Shown here: positions 36,606-45,064 of the stretch, piece after piece
Layout of the letters: the number at the start of each line of letters is the position of its first letter
Position numbering within the stretch: the first letter of the stretch is position 1
Assembly (NCBI GenBank): GCA_043826135.1
Contig: JBDRQT010000040.1
Coordinates: forward strand, 993-64,992
Direction of reading: 5' to 3'
Length of the DNA stretch: 64,000 nucleotides
DNA from: an archaeon
GTDB taxonomy: Archaea; Nanobdellota; Nanobdellia; Woesearchaeales; GW2011-AR15
Translations under genes and position numbers: made by a program
The notes under the pieces: generated by a model
What the model was told of the DNA's origin: nothing
Seen by the model: the letters and a program-made list of their open reading frames with translations, nothing else
The model's database searches: none

Positions 36606-37324
36606 ACCTAATCTACATAGAAAAAGCATCTGTTGTCCATTCCCTTAATTTCTGGACTAAATTTGTCTGCTTACTATTAATACTTCCTTTGATTAGTTTT
36701 ATTGCAAAAACAACTGCTCTGCCTTATTTGATATTGTTTTTTGTTTTGATACTGCTCCTTAGCAAGATACCTTTGATAAAATTCTGGAAAACAACAAAAG
36801 GTTATGTAATCCCCATTTTCATCAGTTTAATTGTGCTATCTATATTATTTTCAGAGGGCACGATAAATGAAAAACTTATAAGTGGACTATATCTTGCAAC
36901 AAGATTCGTTTTGCTTATTAGTTATGGGATACTTTTTAGCATGGTCACAAATCCAATAGAGTTTCCCATGGGATTTCTTCAGATAGGGATCCCACATAGA
37001 TTTGGTGTGACTTTAATGGTAGGCTATAGAATGATGCCGCTCCTTTCCAAGAAGATATCAACAATAATTGATGCACAAAAGGCGAGAGGAGCTGATTTTA
37101 AATTTAACATACTTAAGTTTGGAGATTTTTTCCAAAGAATTTTTTCCCTTATTATTCCAATTATACATTCAACACTTGAAACCTCTGTAAAGCTGTCAGA
37201 CACACTATTGTCAAGAGGCTATGACCCTTATGGAAAAATAACCAGGATCCCATTCAAAATCAGAGCTGCTGACATCATTTTAGTGCTTTTTTCAATAGGC
37301 TTCTCAATGCTATTTTTTGGCTAA
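36602..37324 (+). CDS. ecfT: ECF transporter transmembrane (T) component, CbiQ/EcfT family
   Basis: 240 aa, 5 TM. 'GIPHRFGVTLMVGYRMMPLL..IIDAQKARGADF' and 'LLSRGYD' match the Arg-containing coupling-helix motifs. Confidence 0.85.
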   Translation: MNLIYIEKASVVHSLNFWTKFVCLLLILPLISFIAKTTALPYLILFFVLILLLSKIPLIKFWKTTKGYVIPIFISLIVLSILFSEGTINEKLISGLYLATRFVLLISYGILFSMVTNPIEFPMGFLQIGIPHRFGVTLMVGYRMMPLLSKKISTIIDAQKARGADFKFNILKFGDFFQRIFSLIIPIIHSTLETSVKLSDTLLSRGYDPYGKITRIPFKIRAADIILVLFSIGFSMLFFG

Positions 37325-37363
37325 TTACTTTTGGCAGTATTCAGAAAGAAAACTATTTAAACT

Positions 37364-37418
37364 AAATAAGTTATCTAATTTAATTAATTTGATTTAATTA
37401 TTAAAATAAGTTAACTAA
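37364..37418 (+). promoter_or_regulatory. Two 15-nt direct repeats AAATAAGTTA(T/A)CTAA spaced 40 nt apart, upstream of the small RHH gene (candidate operator)
   Basis: Copies at 37364-37378 and 37404-37418 (one mismatch). The second is embedded in a partial palindrome AAGTTAACTAAG..ATAACTAACTT. Confidence 0.35.
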
Positions 37419-37440
37419 GTTTACATAACTAACTTACAAA

Positions 37441-37569
37441 ATGACGAACGTAAACATCGAGATTCCAGGAGAACTTCACAGGAAAGTGAAGATTCAGTGC
37501 GCTATTGAAGAAGTTACGCTCAAAGACTTCATAATAGCTGCTTTGGAAGAAAAAATAAAGAAAAAATAA
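37441..37569 (+). CDS. 42-aa ribbon-helix-helix (CopG/Arc-like) protein
   Basis: Not in the track (<60 aa). MTNVNIEIPGELHRKVKIQCAIEEVTLKDFIIAALEEKIKKK fits the beta-strand ('VNIEIP') - helix ('GELHRKVKIQCAIE') - helix ('TLKDFIIAALEEKI') pattern. Confidence 0.45.
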   Translation: MTNVNIEIPGELHRKVKIQCAIEEVTLKDFIIAALEEKIKKK

Positions 37570-37576
37570 AGAGAAA

Positions 37577-37662
37577 GGTCAGGCATGCATATACTCATAG
37601 AACTGGTCCGGTTCTATTGCTTCTCAAAAGCTGAGTACACCCCCAAGGAAGCGTGCCTGACC
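37577..37662 (+). other. GC-rich nested stem-loop between the RHH gene and the giant surface-protein gene (terminator/attenuator or 5'-leader structure)
   Basis: 12-bp long-range stem GGTCAGGCATGC (37577-37588) with GCGTGCCTGACC (37651-37662; one G-U pair). It encloses a 7-bp hairpin ATAGAAC-TGGTCCG-GTTCTAT (37597-37617). The 3' arm ends 15 nt before ATG 37677. Confidence 0.4.
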
Positions 37663-37676
37663 CTCTTTTACCTAAA

Positions 37677-40600
37677 ATGAAAATCACTAGGAAAAAAATC
37701 GGGATTGGAATTATCTTGATGTTAGCATTGCTTAGCTTGGCATTTCCTAGCGTCGACGTAACAAATGTATTGGTCACCCCAATCAATGCAACAACATTGC
37801 AGGACCTCACTTGCACCTGGACAGTCAGCGGCTACACCCAATATAATATTTCATGGTACAATAACTCTGTACTATTCAATACGACAGTCAATGCATCCAC
37901 AATCACGCTATCTAATGTCTATACTGCAAAAGGGGAAGTCTGGATGTGCAAGGTGGTTGCAGAAAACGTGACAGAAGGGCTATCAGTTGAGGATAATTCA
38001 TCCACAACTATAAAAAATTCAGCGCCGTCGACACCTCTCCTCTTGAATACGACTGGACAAGATATCGGAAATTATGAACAAATTTTAGAAAATTTAACTT
38101 ACACCTTCACGATAGACAGCTCGGATCCAGATAATGTTGATTCCATTACTTACTCTTTGTCAAAAATAAGTGGTAATAATTATTGTGATCTTTCAGGAAA
38201 CATAGTCACCTGCACCCCTTATCTGCAACCGACAGGTACAGCTGATCAATACATGATTACAGCCCATGATGGTTTGATTGGAAGCCTTTCATTTATCAAT
38301 CTCAATGTCAGCCCTATAAATGACGCTCCGAATTTCACATCATATTTGACCAATACATTAATCTATGAAGGTGATCTTCTTTCTTATCCGTTTACTGTCA
38401 CTGATGAAGAGAATGCATCTGCCAATTTCTATTATGTGACCTTTGTGACTTCTCCATCTACGACAAGGCTTGAAAATTATACAACAAACTTTAGGGACTA
38501 TACTATTAGGTTCATTGGCAATGATGCAGCGCTTTACTCTGACGTCGGAAATTATTCCATAAATGTGTCTGTCTGCGATCCGGATGATATCAACCACTGC
38601 ACCATCCGAAGATTCAATCTGGTTGTTAATACCACAAACCACCAGCCTAACATCTCTGCGATACAAAACTACACAGGCAGACAAACCCAGAACTTCAGTT
38701 TTATTGTGAACGCAACTGATATTGATTCTACTGACACATTAGGATTTACAATTAGTACGATATCATGCGCCTTCTCAAATCCCTGGATTATTAATACTAC
38801 AAACAGCAGTGCAAATGCTACAGGTGCAGTAAATATGACTCTAAATAATACGCATATGCTTTGCCCGAATGTAACAATAACTGTTTCTGATAATAGAGGC
38901 GGAAGTTCATCAGTGAAGGTATATTTCAATCTCACAAACGAAGACGATTATCCTGTTATTAGCAATTTCAGCTTTTATGGCATTAATACTCAGAGCAATA
39001 TTGATATCCGTAATTTGACAGCCTACACAAATGCCCAGTTCTATTATCAGATAAACGGATCAGATCCTGATTCGCCAATAGATCCGCTCGAGACCCTAAC
39101 ATATACTGATAATTCAAGCAGCTGTGCCAACTGCCCTGTCCTTGTAATCCAATCTGGTGGCCTGATCAATATGACTTTCACTGATGCAGGAAATTTCAGC
39201 TATGAGATCAATCTGACAGACGCCTCCATGAATTACACTACTGCATGGATGCAGATAACAATAATTAATAATTCTAAACCTGGCTTTAATCAGACACCTG
39301 GAAATATTATCATTAATGAGACCGACAACCTATTATATGTTTTGAACGCGACTGATCCTGAAGGGATACCTGTTAATTTTTCCTCAAACTCCAGTTTGCT
39401 TAACTTTACATCATTAAACAGCCAGGGAACAGCCAATCATACTTATTATTGTGATGATATCGGGAATTATTCTATAAGAATAACTATCACAGATGGCCTT
39501 GGCGCTCAGAATCATTCTGATATCTCTCTGCAGATAAGAAACGAACCTACACAGCCAAATCTTCCTGATTTCGGCAACACAACAATCCTTGAAGAGATCT
39601 TATATTACAGAAACCTTGCAGTAGAAGTAATTGATTCAGATTATGATTGCGCGAAGGCAGGAGATAGTTACACATTTGTTCCTGTGGATATCAATGGCAA
39701 TGCTTTTTTATCCAGCTCTGGATTGATTTCATTTACCCCTGACCAGAATCTGAACGGAGTTTACATATTCAATGTAACAGTCATAGATAGCTATGGACTG
39801 AGTTCATCAAAAGAATGGAACCTGACAATTGCAAATCTGACAAACGCCCCATCAATAATTAATATTACTCCATACGATATTCCACTTAATACAAGCTGGG
39901 TGGCTGTGAGCAGCCTTGGCGTACCATACACAAATGTTAATGCCAGCGAAAACATGACGCTGTATTTTGATCACAATTCCACTGATTCTGATGGAGATCC
40001 ATTGTTCTTCAACTGGACAGTAAATGGCCAAGTTGTCAATTATTCAAGGAACTACACAAGAACTTTTAATTTTACTGATGCCGGAAATTACAACATTACT
40101 TTGGCTGTATCGGATAATGTCTCAGGAACACTTGCGCACAAGACGGTATTCACCTGGAATCTGACAGTTGAAAATAAGAACAGGCAGCCTGATCTTGCAA
40201 ATCCGCTCCTAGATTTCAACCTTAGCACTGTCTACAGATGGTCTACTTATATGACATACAGCCAAGGCATAATCAGATTTTACGATCCTGACGGTGATAC
40301 ACTTACATATAACAATTCTCCAACAACTTTGCTCAGTATTGAATATGATGGCAATGATGCCATTTTCACACCAATTACTCAAGGCACTCAGTACGTTGTG
40401 TTCAGTGCATCAGATGGCAATGAAATCTATTACAGCAATAATGTAACTATCAATATTACAGGTGTTCCAAATACGACGGTGGTCAGTGTGCAGGAGACAG
40501 GAACAACAACAAGAACAAGGACAAGAACAAGCTATGTGCCATATATTATCACTGAAGAGAAGGAAGTTGAAAAAGACATATATTTAGATATTTTAAATCC

Positions 40601-41255
40601 TGAACCTGTTGTGATATACAACAACAATACACTCAGGCAGGTAATTAGCCTCGTTAATAGCGGTAATAAAACACTCAAAGGGATATGGCTGTCAGCAATA
40701 ACCAATTCAAGCACAGCAGACATAAGTTTCTCAAATAATTACCTGAATGAGCTACTCATTGGAGAGACAAAAAAAACCGACCTAATCATTAAAGACTATA
40801 AGATATACAATAATTATGAGATAACGATAACTGCAAATGTAACCTCTCCTGCATACAAGGATAAGGCAGTAATATACATCAATGCGCTTGAAAAGACCAG
40901 AGGTAATCAGTCAGTCAGCGCGACTAAAATAACATTTGCCTCAGATCTGCTTGCAAGTAATCCTGAGTGTATAGAGCTTAATGAATATTTGAAGAAAGCG
41001 CTTCAGCTAATGGAAGAGAAAGATTATGAAGGCGCTGCAAAAATAACAGATTCAGTAATCCAGGGATGCAAATATCTTGTAGGCCAAAGCAGGCTCAAAG
41101 ATGATGCTCCAGGTAAGATCTATATTGATATGCAGAAGATACTTGATATCCCAAACATCAAAATAATTTCTGCAGTTCTGTTGTCATTGATTATAATATT
41201 AACAGTCCTTACAATAAGACAGAAAAGGATGAATGATGTGCTTGAGAATATGTGA
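37677..41255 (+). CDS. Giant (~1190 aa) surface protein: signal/anchor, many Ig/cadherin-like repeats, very dense N-x-S/T sequons, C-terminal TM anchor
   Basis: 'MKITRKKIGIGIILMLALLSLAFPS' signal. Repeats contain 'INDAPNF', 'NHQPNIS', 'DPDGD', 'DSDGDP'. C-terminal TM 'IISAVLLSLIIILTVLTI' plus a basic tail. The track's GTG 37653 was replaced by ATG 37677. Confidence 0.7.
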   Translation: MKITRKKIGIGIILMLALLSLAFPSVDVTNVLVTPINATTLQDLTCTWTVSGYTQYNISWYNNSVLFNTTVNASTITLSNVYTAKGEVWMCKVVAENVTEGLSVEDNSSTTIKNSAPSTPLLLNTTGQDIGNYEQILENLTYTFTIDSSDPDNVDSITYSLSKISGNNYCDLSGNIVTCTPYLQPTGTADQYMITAHDGLIGSLSFINLNVSPINDAPNFTSYLTNTLIYEGDLLSYPFTVTDEENASANFYYVTFVTSPSTTRLENYTTNFRDYTIRFIGNDAALYSDVGNYSINVSVCDPDDINHCTIRRFNLVVNTTNHQPNISAIQNYTGRQTQNFSFIVNATDIDSTDTLGFTISTISCAFSNPWIINTTNSSANATGAVNMTLNNTHMLCPNVTITVSDNRGGSSSVKVYFNLTNEDDYPVISNFSFYGINTQSNIDIRNLTAYTNAQFYYQINGSDPDSPIDPLETLTYTDNSSSCANCPVLVIQSGGLINMTFTDAGNFSYEINLTDASMNYTTAWMQITIINNSKPGFNQTPGNIIINETDNLLYVLNATDPEGIPVNFSSNSSLLNFTSLNSQGTANHTYYCDDIGNYSIRITITDGLGAQNHSDISLQIRNEPTQPNLPDFGNTTILEEILYYRNLAVEVIDSDYDCAKAGDSYTFVPVDINGNAFLSSSGLISFTPDQNLNGVYIFNVTVIDSYGLSSSKEWNLTIANLTNAPSIINITPYDIPLNTSWVAVSSLGVPYTNVNASENMTLYFDHNSTDSDGDPLFFNWTVNGQVVNYSRNYTRTFNFTDAGNYNITLAVSDNVSGTLAHKTVFTWNLTVENKNRQPDLANPLLDFNLSTVYRWSTYMTYSQGIIRFYDPDGDTLTYNNSPTTLLSIEYDGNDAIFTPITQGTQYVVFSASDGNEIYYSNNVTINITGVPNTTVVSVQETGTTTRTRTRTSYVPYIITEEKEVEKDIYLDILNPEPVVIYNNNTLRQVISLVNSGNKTLKGIWLSAITNSSTADISFSNNYLNELLIGETKKTDLIIKDYKIYNNYEITITANVTSPAYKDKAVIYINALEKTRGNQSVSATKITFASDLLASNPECIELNEYLKKALQLMEEKDYEGAAKITDSVIQGCKYLVGQSRLKDDAPGKIYIDMQKILDIPNIKIISAVLLSLIIILTVLTIRQKRMNDVLENM

Positions 41256-42194
41256 TCAGCAGGCTAGTTTAAGTACAATCCTGCTAAGGCTCCTATGTAC
41301 ATAAATCTTGAACATTGATTTTATCTTCCATTTTGAATTTTTGATAATCTTTTTATAGTCAACAAAGTCAGGCATTACAATAACCATATTTTTTGAAATG
41401 TTTGGTGAATTTAGCAAGAATTTACTGTAAAGATCCGAAAGCTTCCCTGCTTTGGAGCTCTTTCCATATGGAAGATCAGTGACGATTGCGTCTGCTTTTG
41501 TCTTTAGCTTTGTTGCATCATCCTCTTTAAGCCTACAGTTTCTCACATTAAAAAAATCAATATTTCTTTTTGCACGCATGATTTGATTTTTATCAATATC
41601 AGTTCCGATTGTTCGTAGTCCCATAAGTCCAGCCTCAATCAGGATGCCCCCTGAACCGCAAAATGGATCAATGATTGTGCCTCCATGTAGTCCTGTCAGA
41701 TTGATGCATACCCGGGCAAGTGCAGGATGCATAGATGTCGGATGCTGCATCGGCCTTTTGTGTGCTTTCCTCATAAGATATGATTTATCTACATCAGATG
41801 ATAATCTGCCTGCTATCACAAGATTCCCGATGAAAAAAAATTCATATTTGGATTTAGGGTTCTTCAGATTGACTTTAGGTGAATTTAATCTATCATAGAT
41901 AATATCTGCAACCTCTTTTTCATCATGATTGCCATGAACCCTTACGCAGAAACTGCCAGAATAGACTTTGTTCCAGTCATAAGTGCTCAGCTTTTTTTTG
42001 AAAACATCAAGCCTGCAGGAGAATAATAAATCATAAATCGAATGAGTATATCCCAGTCTTGACGCAAGATTTTCTGTTGCGTCCAAAACAAGAAGATTAT
42101 CATGCAATCTATATTTTTTATTAGATGTTAATGCCAGAACTTCTGATTTTGCAAGAGGAATATTCTGTTTAGACAACAAAAAAATCTTTTTCAC
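41256..42194 (-). CDS. THUMP-domain tRNA guanine-N2 methyltransferase (archaeal Trm11/TrmG10- or Trm14-like)
   Basis: N-terminal THUMP-like half, motif I 'IIDPFCGSGGILIEAGLMG', catalytic 'TDLPYG'. Confidence 0.8.
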   Translation of the reverse strand: MKKIFLLSKQNIPLAKSEVLALTSNKKYRLHDNLLVLDATENLASRLGYTHSIYDLLFSCRLDVFKKKLSTYDWNKVYSGSFCVRVHGNHDEKEVADIIYDRLNSPKVNLKNPKSKYEFFFIGNLVIAGRLSSDVDKSYLMRKAHKRPMQHPTSMHPALARVCINLTGLHGGTIIDPFCGSGGILIEAGLMGLRTIGTDIDKNQIMRAKRNIDFFNVRNCRLKEDDATKLKTKADAIVTDLPYGKSSKAGKLSDLYSKFLLNSPNISKNMVIVMPDFVDYKKIIKNSKWKIKSMFKIYVHRSLSRIVLKLAC

Positions 42195-42321
42195 ATCACT
42201 TGCAAGACAATATTCATATTTAATGCTATGCCTGATTAATTTTATTAATTACACTGACTGACATGAACATTCAATAATTCTTTTCCATAATGAAAAGATA
42301 TTTAAACAAATATTGTCTAAT

Positions 42322-42639
42322 ATGATTATGGCATCCAGGGGAAGACCTGTCAGCTCGATCATAAGACAGAACATTGTTGAGATACTCGCGCATATTGGGA
42401 AAGGATATGGTTATGATATATATAAGAATTATCTGAAGATTTATCCGAAAGTGACTCTCAGATCAATATATTATCATCTGAAGAAAGGTCTGATTACTGG
42501 AGAATTTGAAATTGAGAAAATAGAAAGGGAAAAAGGTGATTATTCCTGGGGAGAGATGGCTGAAAAGGTTTATTATAGGCTTGGAACCAAGGCAATCCCA
42601 CTACATAGTTCCAGAGTCAAGGACACACTGGAAAAATAA
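42322..42639 (+). CDS. PadR-like winged-helix transcription regulator
   Basis: 'GYGYDIYKNYLKIYPKVTLRSIYYHLKKGLITGEF'. A TATTTAAA box ~27 nt upstream favours ATG 42322/42328 over the track's TTG at 42313. Confidence 0.5.
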   Translation: MIMASRGRPVSSIIRQNIVEILAHIGKGYGYDIYKNYLKIYPKVTLRSIYYHLKKGLITGEFEIEKIEREKGDYSWGEMAEKVYYRLGTKAIPLHSSRVKDTLEK

Positions 42640-42658
42640 TTACAAAAAGTGAAAAAAG

Positions 42659-43354
42659 ATGGTGAATCCAGAGTTAATTAATTATATCAAATCTGTCAGA
42701 GAGAAAGGCTTCTCTGATGACACTATAAAGCAGAACCTCATAAATCATGGATACTTCAAAGAGATTATTGATGAAGCTTTTGATAGCCCAGAACTAAGCA
42801 CCCAATCCGATATATCTGCTAGCCATGTCTCTGCTCCGGGCAACAATCAAACTCCAGCACCAAAAGCCACTCCGACAAAACCAAAGATAAGCATACCTCA
42901 AAAAATTCTCAATCTTCCACTTAAAAAAATATTCATCATAATTGCATTAATAGTCTTGGTTTCTGCTGGAACCTATGGGATATCCCTCCTGATAGAAAAA
43001 ATGCAGCTGGAAGTTTTCTGCGATGGCCTGAGCATGGAAATCCAGAAACTTCAGGATAATGAAGTCTTGTGTGCTTTCCCTGATAATTCGAGATTGCAGG
43101 CATTCCTAACTAACAAGGGTGATATTACAATAAATTTTGTTGAGATCAGGATAAAAGGAACTAAAAGAAATTTCCAAAACAATGTAGAAAACGTGAACCT
43201 TGAAAAGGATAATATTTTTACATTAGTTGTTCCATATGGTGAGAGATATGGAAACATAAAAGAGATATCACTAATTCCTGGAATTGTCGAAGATGGAAAA
43301 AATAAGCTATGCACAAGTAAGAAACTTATTAGAACAAATGTCAAAAGCTGCTAA
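42659..43354 (+). CDS. Single-pass membrane protein with an N-terminal ~37-aa helical module and an extracellular beta-rich domain
   Basis: 'LINYIKSVREKGFSDDTIKQNLINHGYFKEIIDEAFD', Pro/Thr-rich linker, TM 'IFIIIALIVLVSAGTYGISLLI'. Confidence 0.45.
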   Translation: MVNPELINYIKSVREKGFSDDTIKQNLINHGYFKEIIDEAFDSPELSTQSDISASHVSAPGNNQTPAPKATPTKPKISIPQKILNLPLKKIFIIIALIVLVSAGTYGISLLIEKMQLEVFCDGLSMEIQKLQDNEVLCAFPDNSRLQAFLTNKGDITINFVEIRIKGTKRNFQNNVENVNLEKDNIFTLVVPYGERYGNIKEISLIPGIVEDGKNKLCTSKKLIRTNVKSC

Positions 43355-44055
43355 ATATTATCCTTTAGTTTCCTGAGCGCACCTATTATCACAAATGCTT
43401 CCCTCTTTGAAATCATTGACTGTTCCATTAGTTTTTTCCAGGTGATTTTTTGGGTTTGCCTTTTCTGTTCTGTTGCAAAATCTAAGCTATCAAGAATCAA
43501 GTCCATTGTCTGCTCCATTATCTCAATCTCCTTTGGTGATGCTCTTATTATATGATTTGTGATTTTGTTAGTGCCCATTTTTTTATATATTTCATAGAAA
43601 AGAATCGCACCTGCATGGCTGATATTCATGGCCCTATATGTTTTAGATGTCGGAATGGTGACAATCATGCTGCAGCATTTGATCTCATCATTTCTGAGAC
43701 CGTCTGCTTCATTTCCGAAAACCAAGGCTATATTTAACTTAGGGTCAATTTTCTTTGCAAATTCTTCAGGTAAGAGAGGTGTCCTTGGAATATTATAATC
43801 TGTTCCAAGAGCTGCCGTTGTTGCAACGGCGTAATCATAGTCCTTTTTTAGAATTTTAAGGTAGGCATAAGGCTTAACATTGGCTTTTATTATTATATTC
43901 TTTGCATGCATACCAAATTTCAATGCTTCATCATCAAGATGATTGCAAAGCGGGTCAACCAAAACCAGGCTATTCAAATCAAAATTTGCCATGGCTCTTG
44001 CCATAAAGCCGATATTTCCAGGAGACTGAGTCCGAATCATAACAACAGTTAACAT
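43351..44055 (-). CDS. SpoU/TrmH-family RNA 2'-O-methyltransferase (TrmJ-like)
   Basis: 'SPGNIGFMARAMANF', 'ALVFGNEADGL', 'IPTSKTYRAMNISHAGAILFYE'. Start placed at ATG 44055 (Met7 of the track ORF). Confidence 0.85.
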   Translation of the reverse strand: MLTVVMIRTQSPGNIGFMARAMANFDLNSLVLVDPLCNHLDDEALKFGMHAKNIIIKANVKPYAYLKILKKDYDYAVATTAALGTDYNIPRTPLLPEEFAKKIDPKLNIALVFGNEADGLRNDEIKCCSMIVTIPTSKTYRAMNISHAGAILFYEIYKKMGTNKITNHIIRASPKEIEIMEQTMDLILDSLDFATEQKRQTQKITWKKLMEQSMISKREAFVIIGALRKLKDNI

Positions 44056-44085
44056 ATTCGCATGAAAGAACACCTGAATTAAAAA

Positions 44086-44346
44086 TTATATGATTCCTTT
44101 CATAAAATTTTTAATACTGTCGAGAAAACTTTTTTCATACACCGGCTTCATCAGAAAAAAATCCTCTGCTTCCTCTTTCGTAAGGTCCTGAGAAGGGAAC
44201 TCTCCAAGAAGCATTAGGATATTATCAATTTCTGATATTGCTCCTTTTAGATGATTCTTCTTGTCCTCTGAAAGATCCTTAACGCTGAATTGGGAATCCA
44301 GCTTATCTCTTCTCTCAATGAGTTTTTCAATCAAGTCTGTCATCAT
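44086..44346 (-). CDS. Small hypothetical helical protein
   Basis: Start moved to ATG 44346 (Met22), which lies ~27 nt downstream of a minus-strand TTTTTAAAT box. No motif recognised. Confidence 0.35.
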   Translation of the reverse strand: MMTDLIEKLIERRDKLDSQFSVKDLSEDKKNHLKGAISEIDNILMLLGEFPSQDLTKEEAEDFFLMKPVYEKSFLDSIKNFMKGII

Positions 44347-44368
44347 TAATGTGTGGTAATGATATGTT

Positions 44369-44381
44369 GTATTTAAAAATA
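44369..44381 (-). promoter_or_regulatory. TATA-like box for leaderless 44346 start
   Basis: Plus-strand ATTTAAAAA at 44371-44379. Geometry as for the other leaderless genes. Confidence 0.4.
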
Positions 44382-44420
44382 CCGCAACAAATAAATATCG
44401 GAGGGACATAATCCAGTTCG

Positions 44421-45005
44421 ATGGATGAGAATATAATTGCCAGTGCTAAAGATTTCATATCTAAGGCAAGACAATCTGGCCAGAGTGATGTTGAGATTAC
44501 ACTTGCTCTGCAAAATGCAGGATGGCCAGAAGACATTATCAAAATTGCAATGCAAAATTCGATTCCGGTAATCTCGAGTATTCCTGAACAACCTAAAGAA
44601 ATGAGTGCAAACGCCGAAGCTAAACCTGCCTCTGCAAAATCGGTCGCGCCGGCAAATACACGAAATCAAAACGATGATCTTATGCAAAAGGCACCTGTTG
44701 AGATAGCAGGAAATTCACCTCCACCTCTGGTTCCTTCAAAAAAAGGGAGAAAATTCTGCCTCATGGCTCTGATTGCTCTAATGCTCTCTCCTGTCCCCTT
44801 TATAGGGTTAGGATTTGCAATGACATCTCTTGATATGATCAACAAGAAGAACATGTCAGGCACATTTGTTGCAATAATCGCCCTGTTTATCAATATCCTA
44901 ACGATATTATTTGTGCTGTTTTTGATTTATCAGATATTCACACTAGATCCAAGCCAGCTGACAGGATTCTCCAGATATGTGAATGACATGTTCCAGCTTG
45001 TATAA
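44421..45005 (+). CDS. Membrane protein with the same N-terminal helical module as 42659 and a C-terminal 2-TM (DUF4190-like) region
   Basis: 'AKDFISKARQSGQSDVEITLALQNAGWPEDIIKIAMQ', then a Pro/Ala-rich linker, then two TMs. Confidence 0.45.
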   Translation: MDENIIASAKDFISKARQSGQSDVEITLALQNAGWPEDIIKIAMQNSIPVISSIPEQPKEMSANAEAKPASAKSVAPANTRNQNDDLMQKAPVEIAGNSPPPLVPSKKGRKFCLMALIALMLSPVPFIGLGFAMTSLDMINKKNMSGTFVAIIALFINILTILFVLFLIYQIFTLDPSQLTGFSRYVNDMFQLV

Positions 45006-45064
45006 ATGAATTCCTGATGATTTAATTTTGTGATTTTCTTATTCCTTTTTTTACTCAGCTCCTG

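Noticed and set aside
37595-37816. 73-aa minus-strand ORF spanning the structured spacer and the 5' end of the giant surface-protein gene
   Set aside because: It overlaps a strongly supported signal-peptide start on the plus strand, has no promoter or SD context, and its translation is featureless.
40495-40535. ACAAGA/ACAAGG microsatellite-like run (encodes TGTTTRTRTRTS) as a possible phase-variation tract
   Set aside because: The unit is 6 nt and imperfect, so slippage would stay in frame. It is more simply a low-complexity inter-domain linker.
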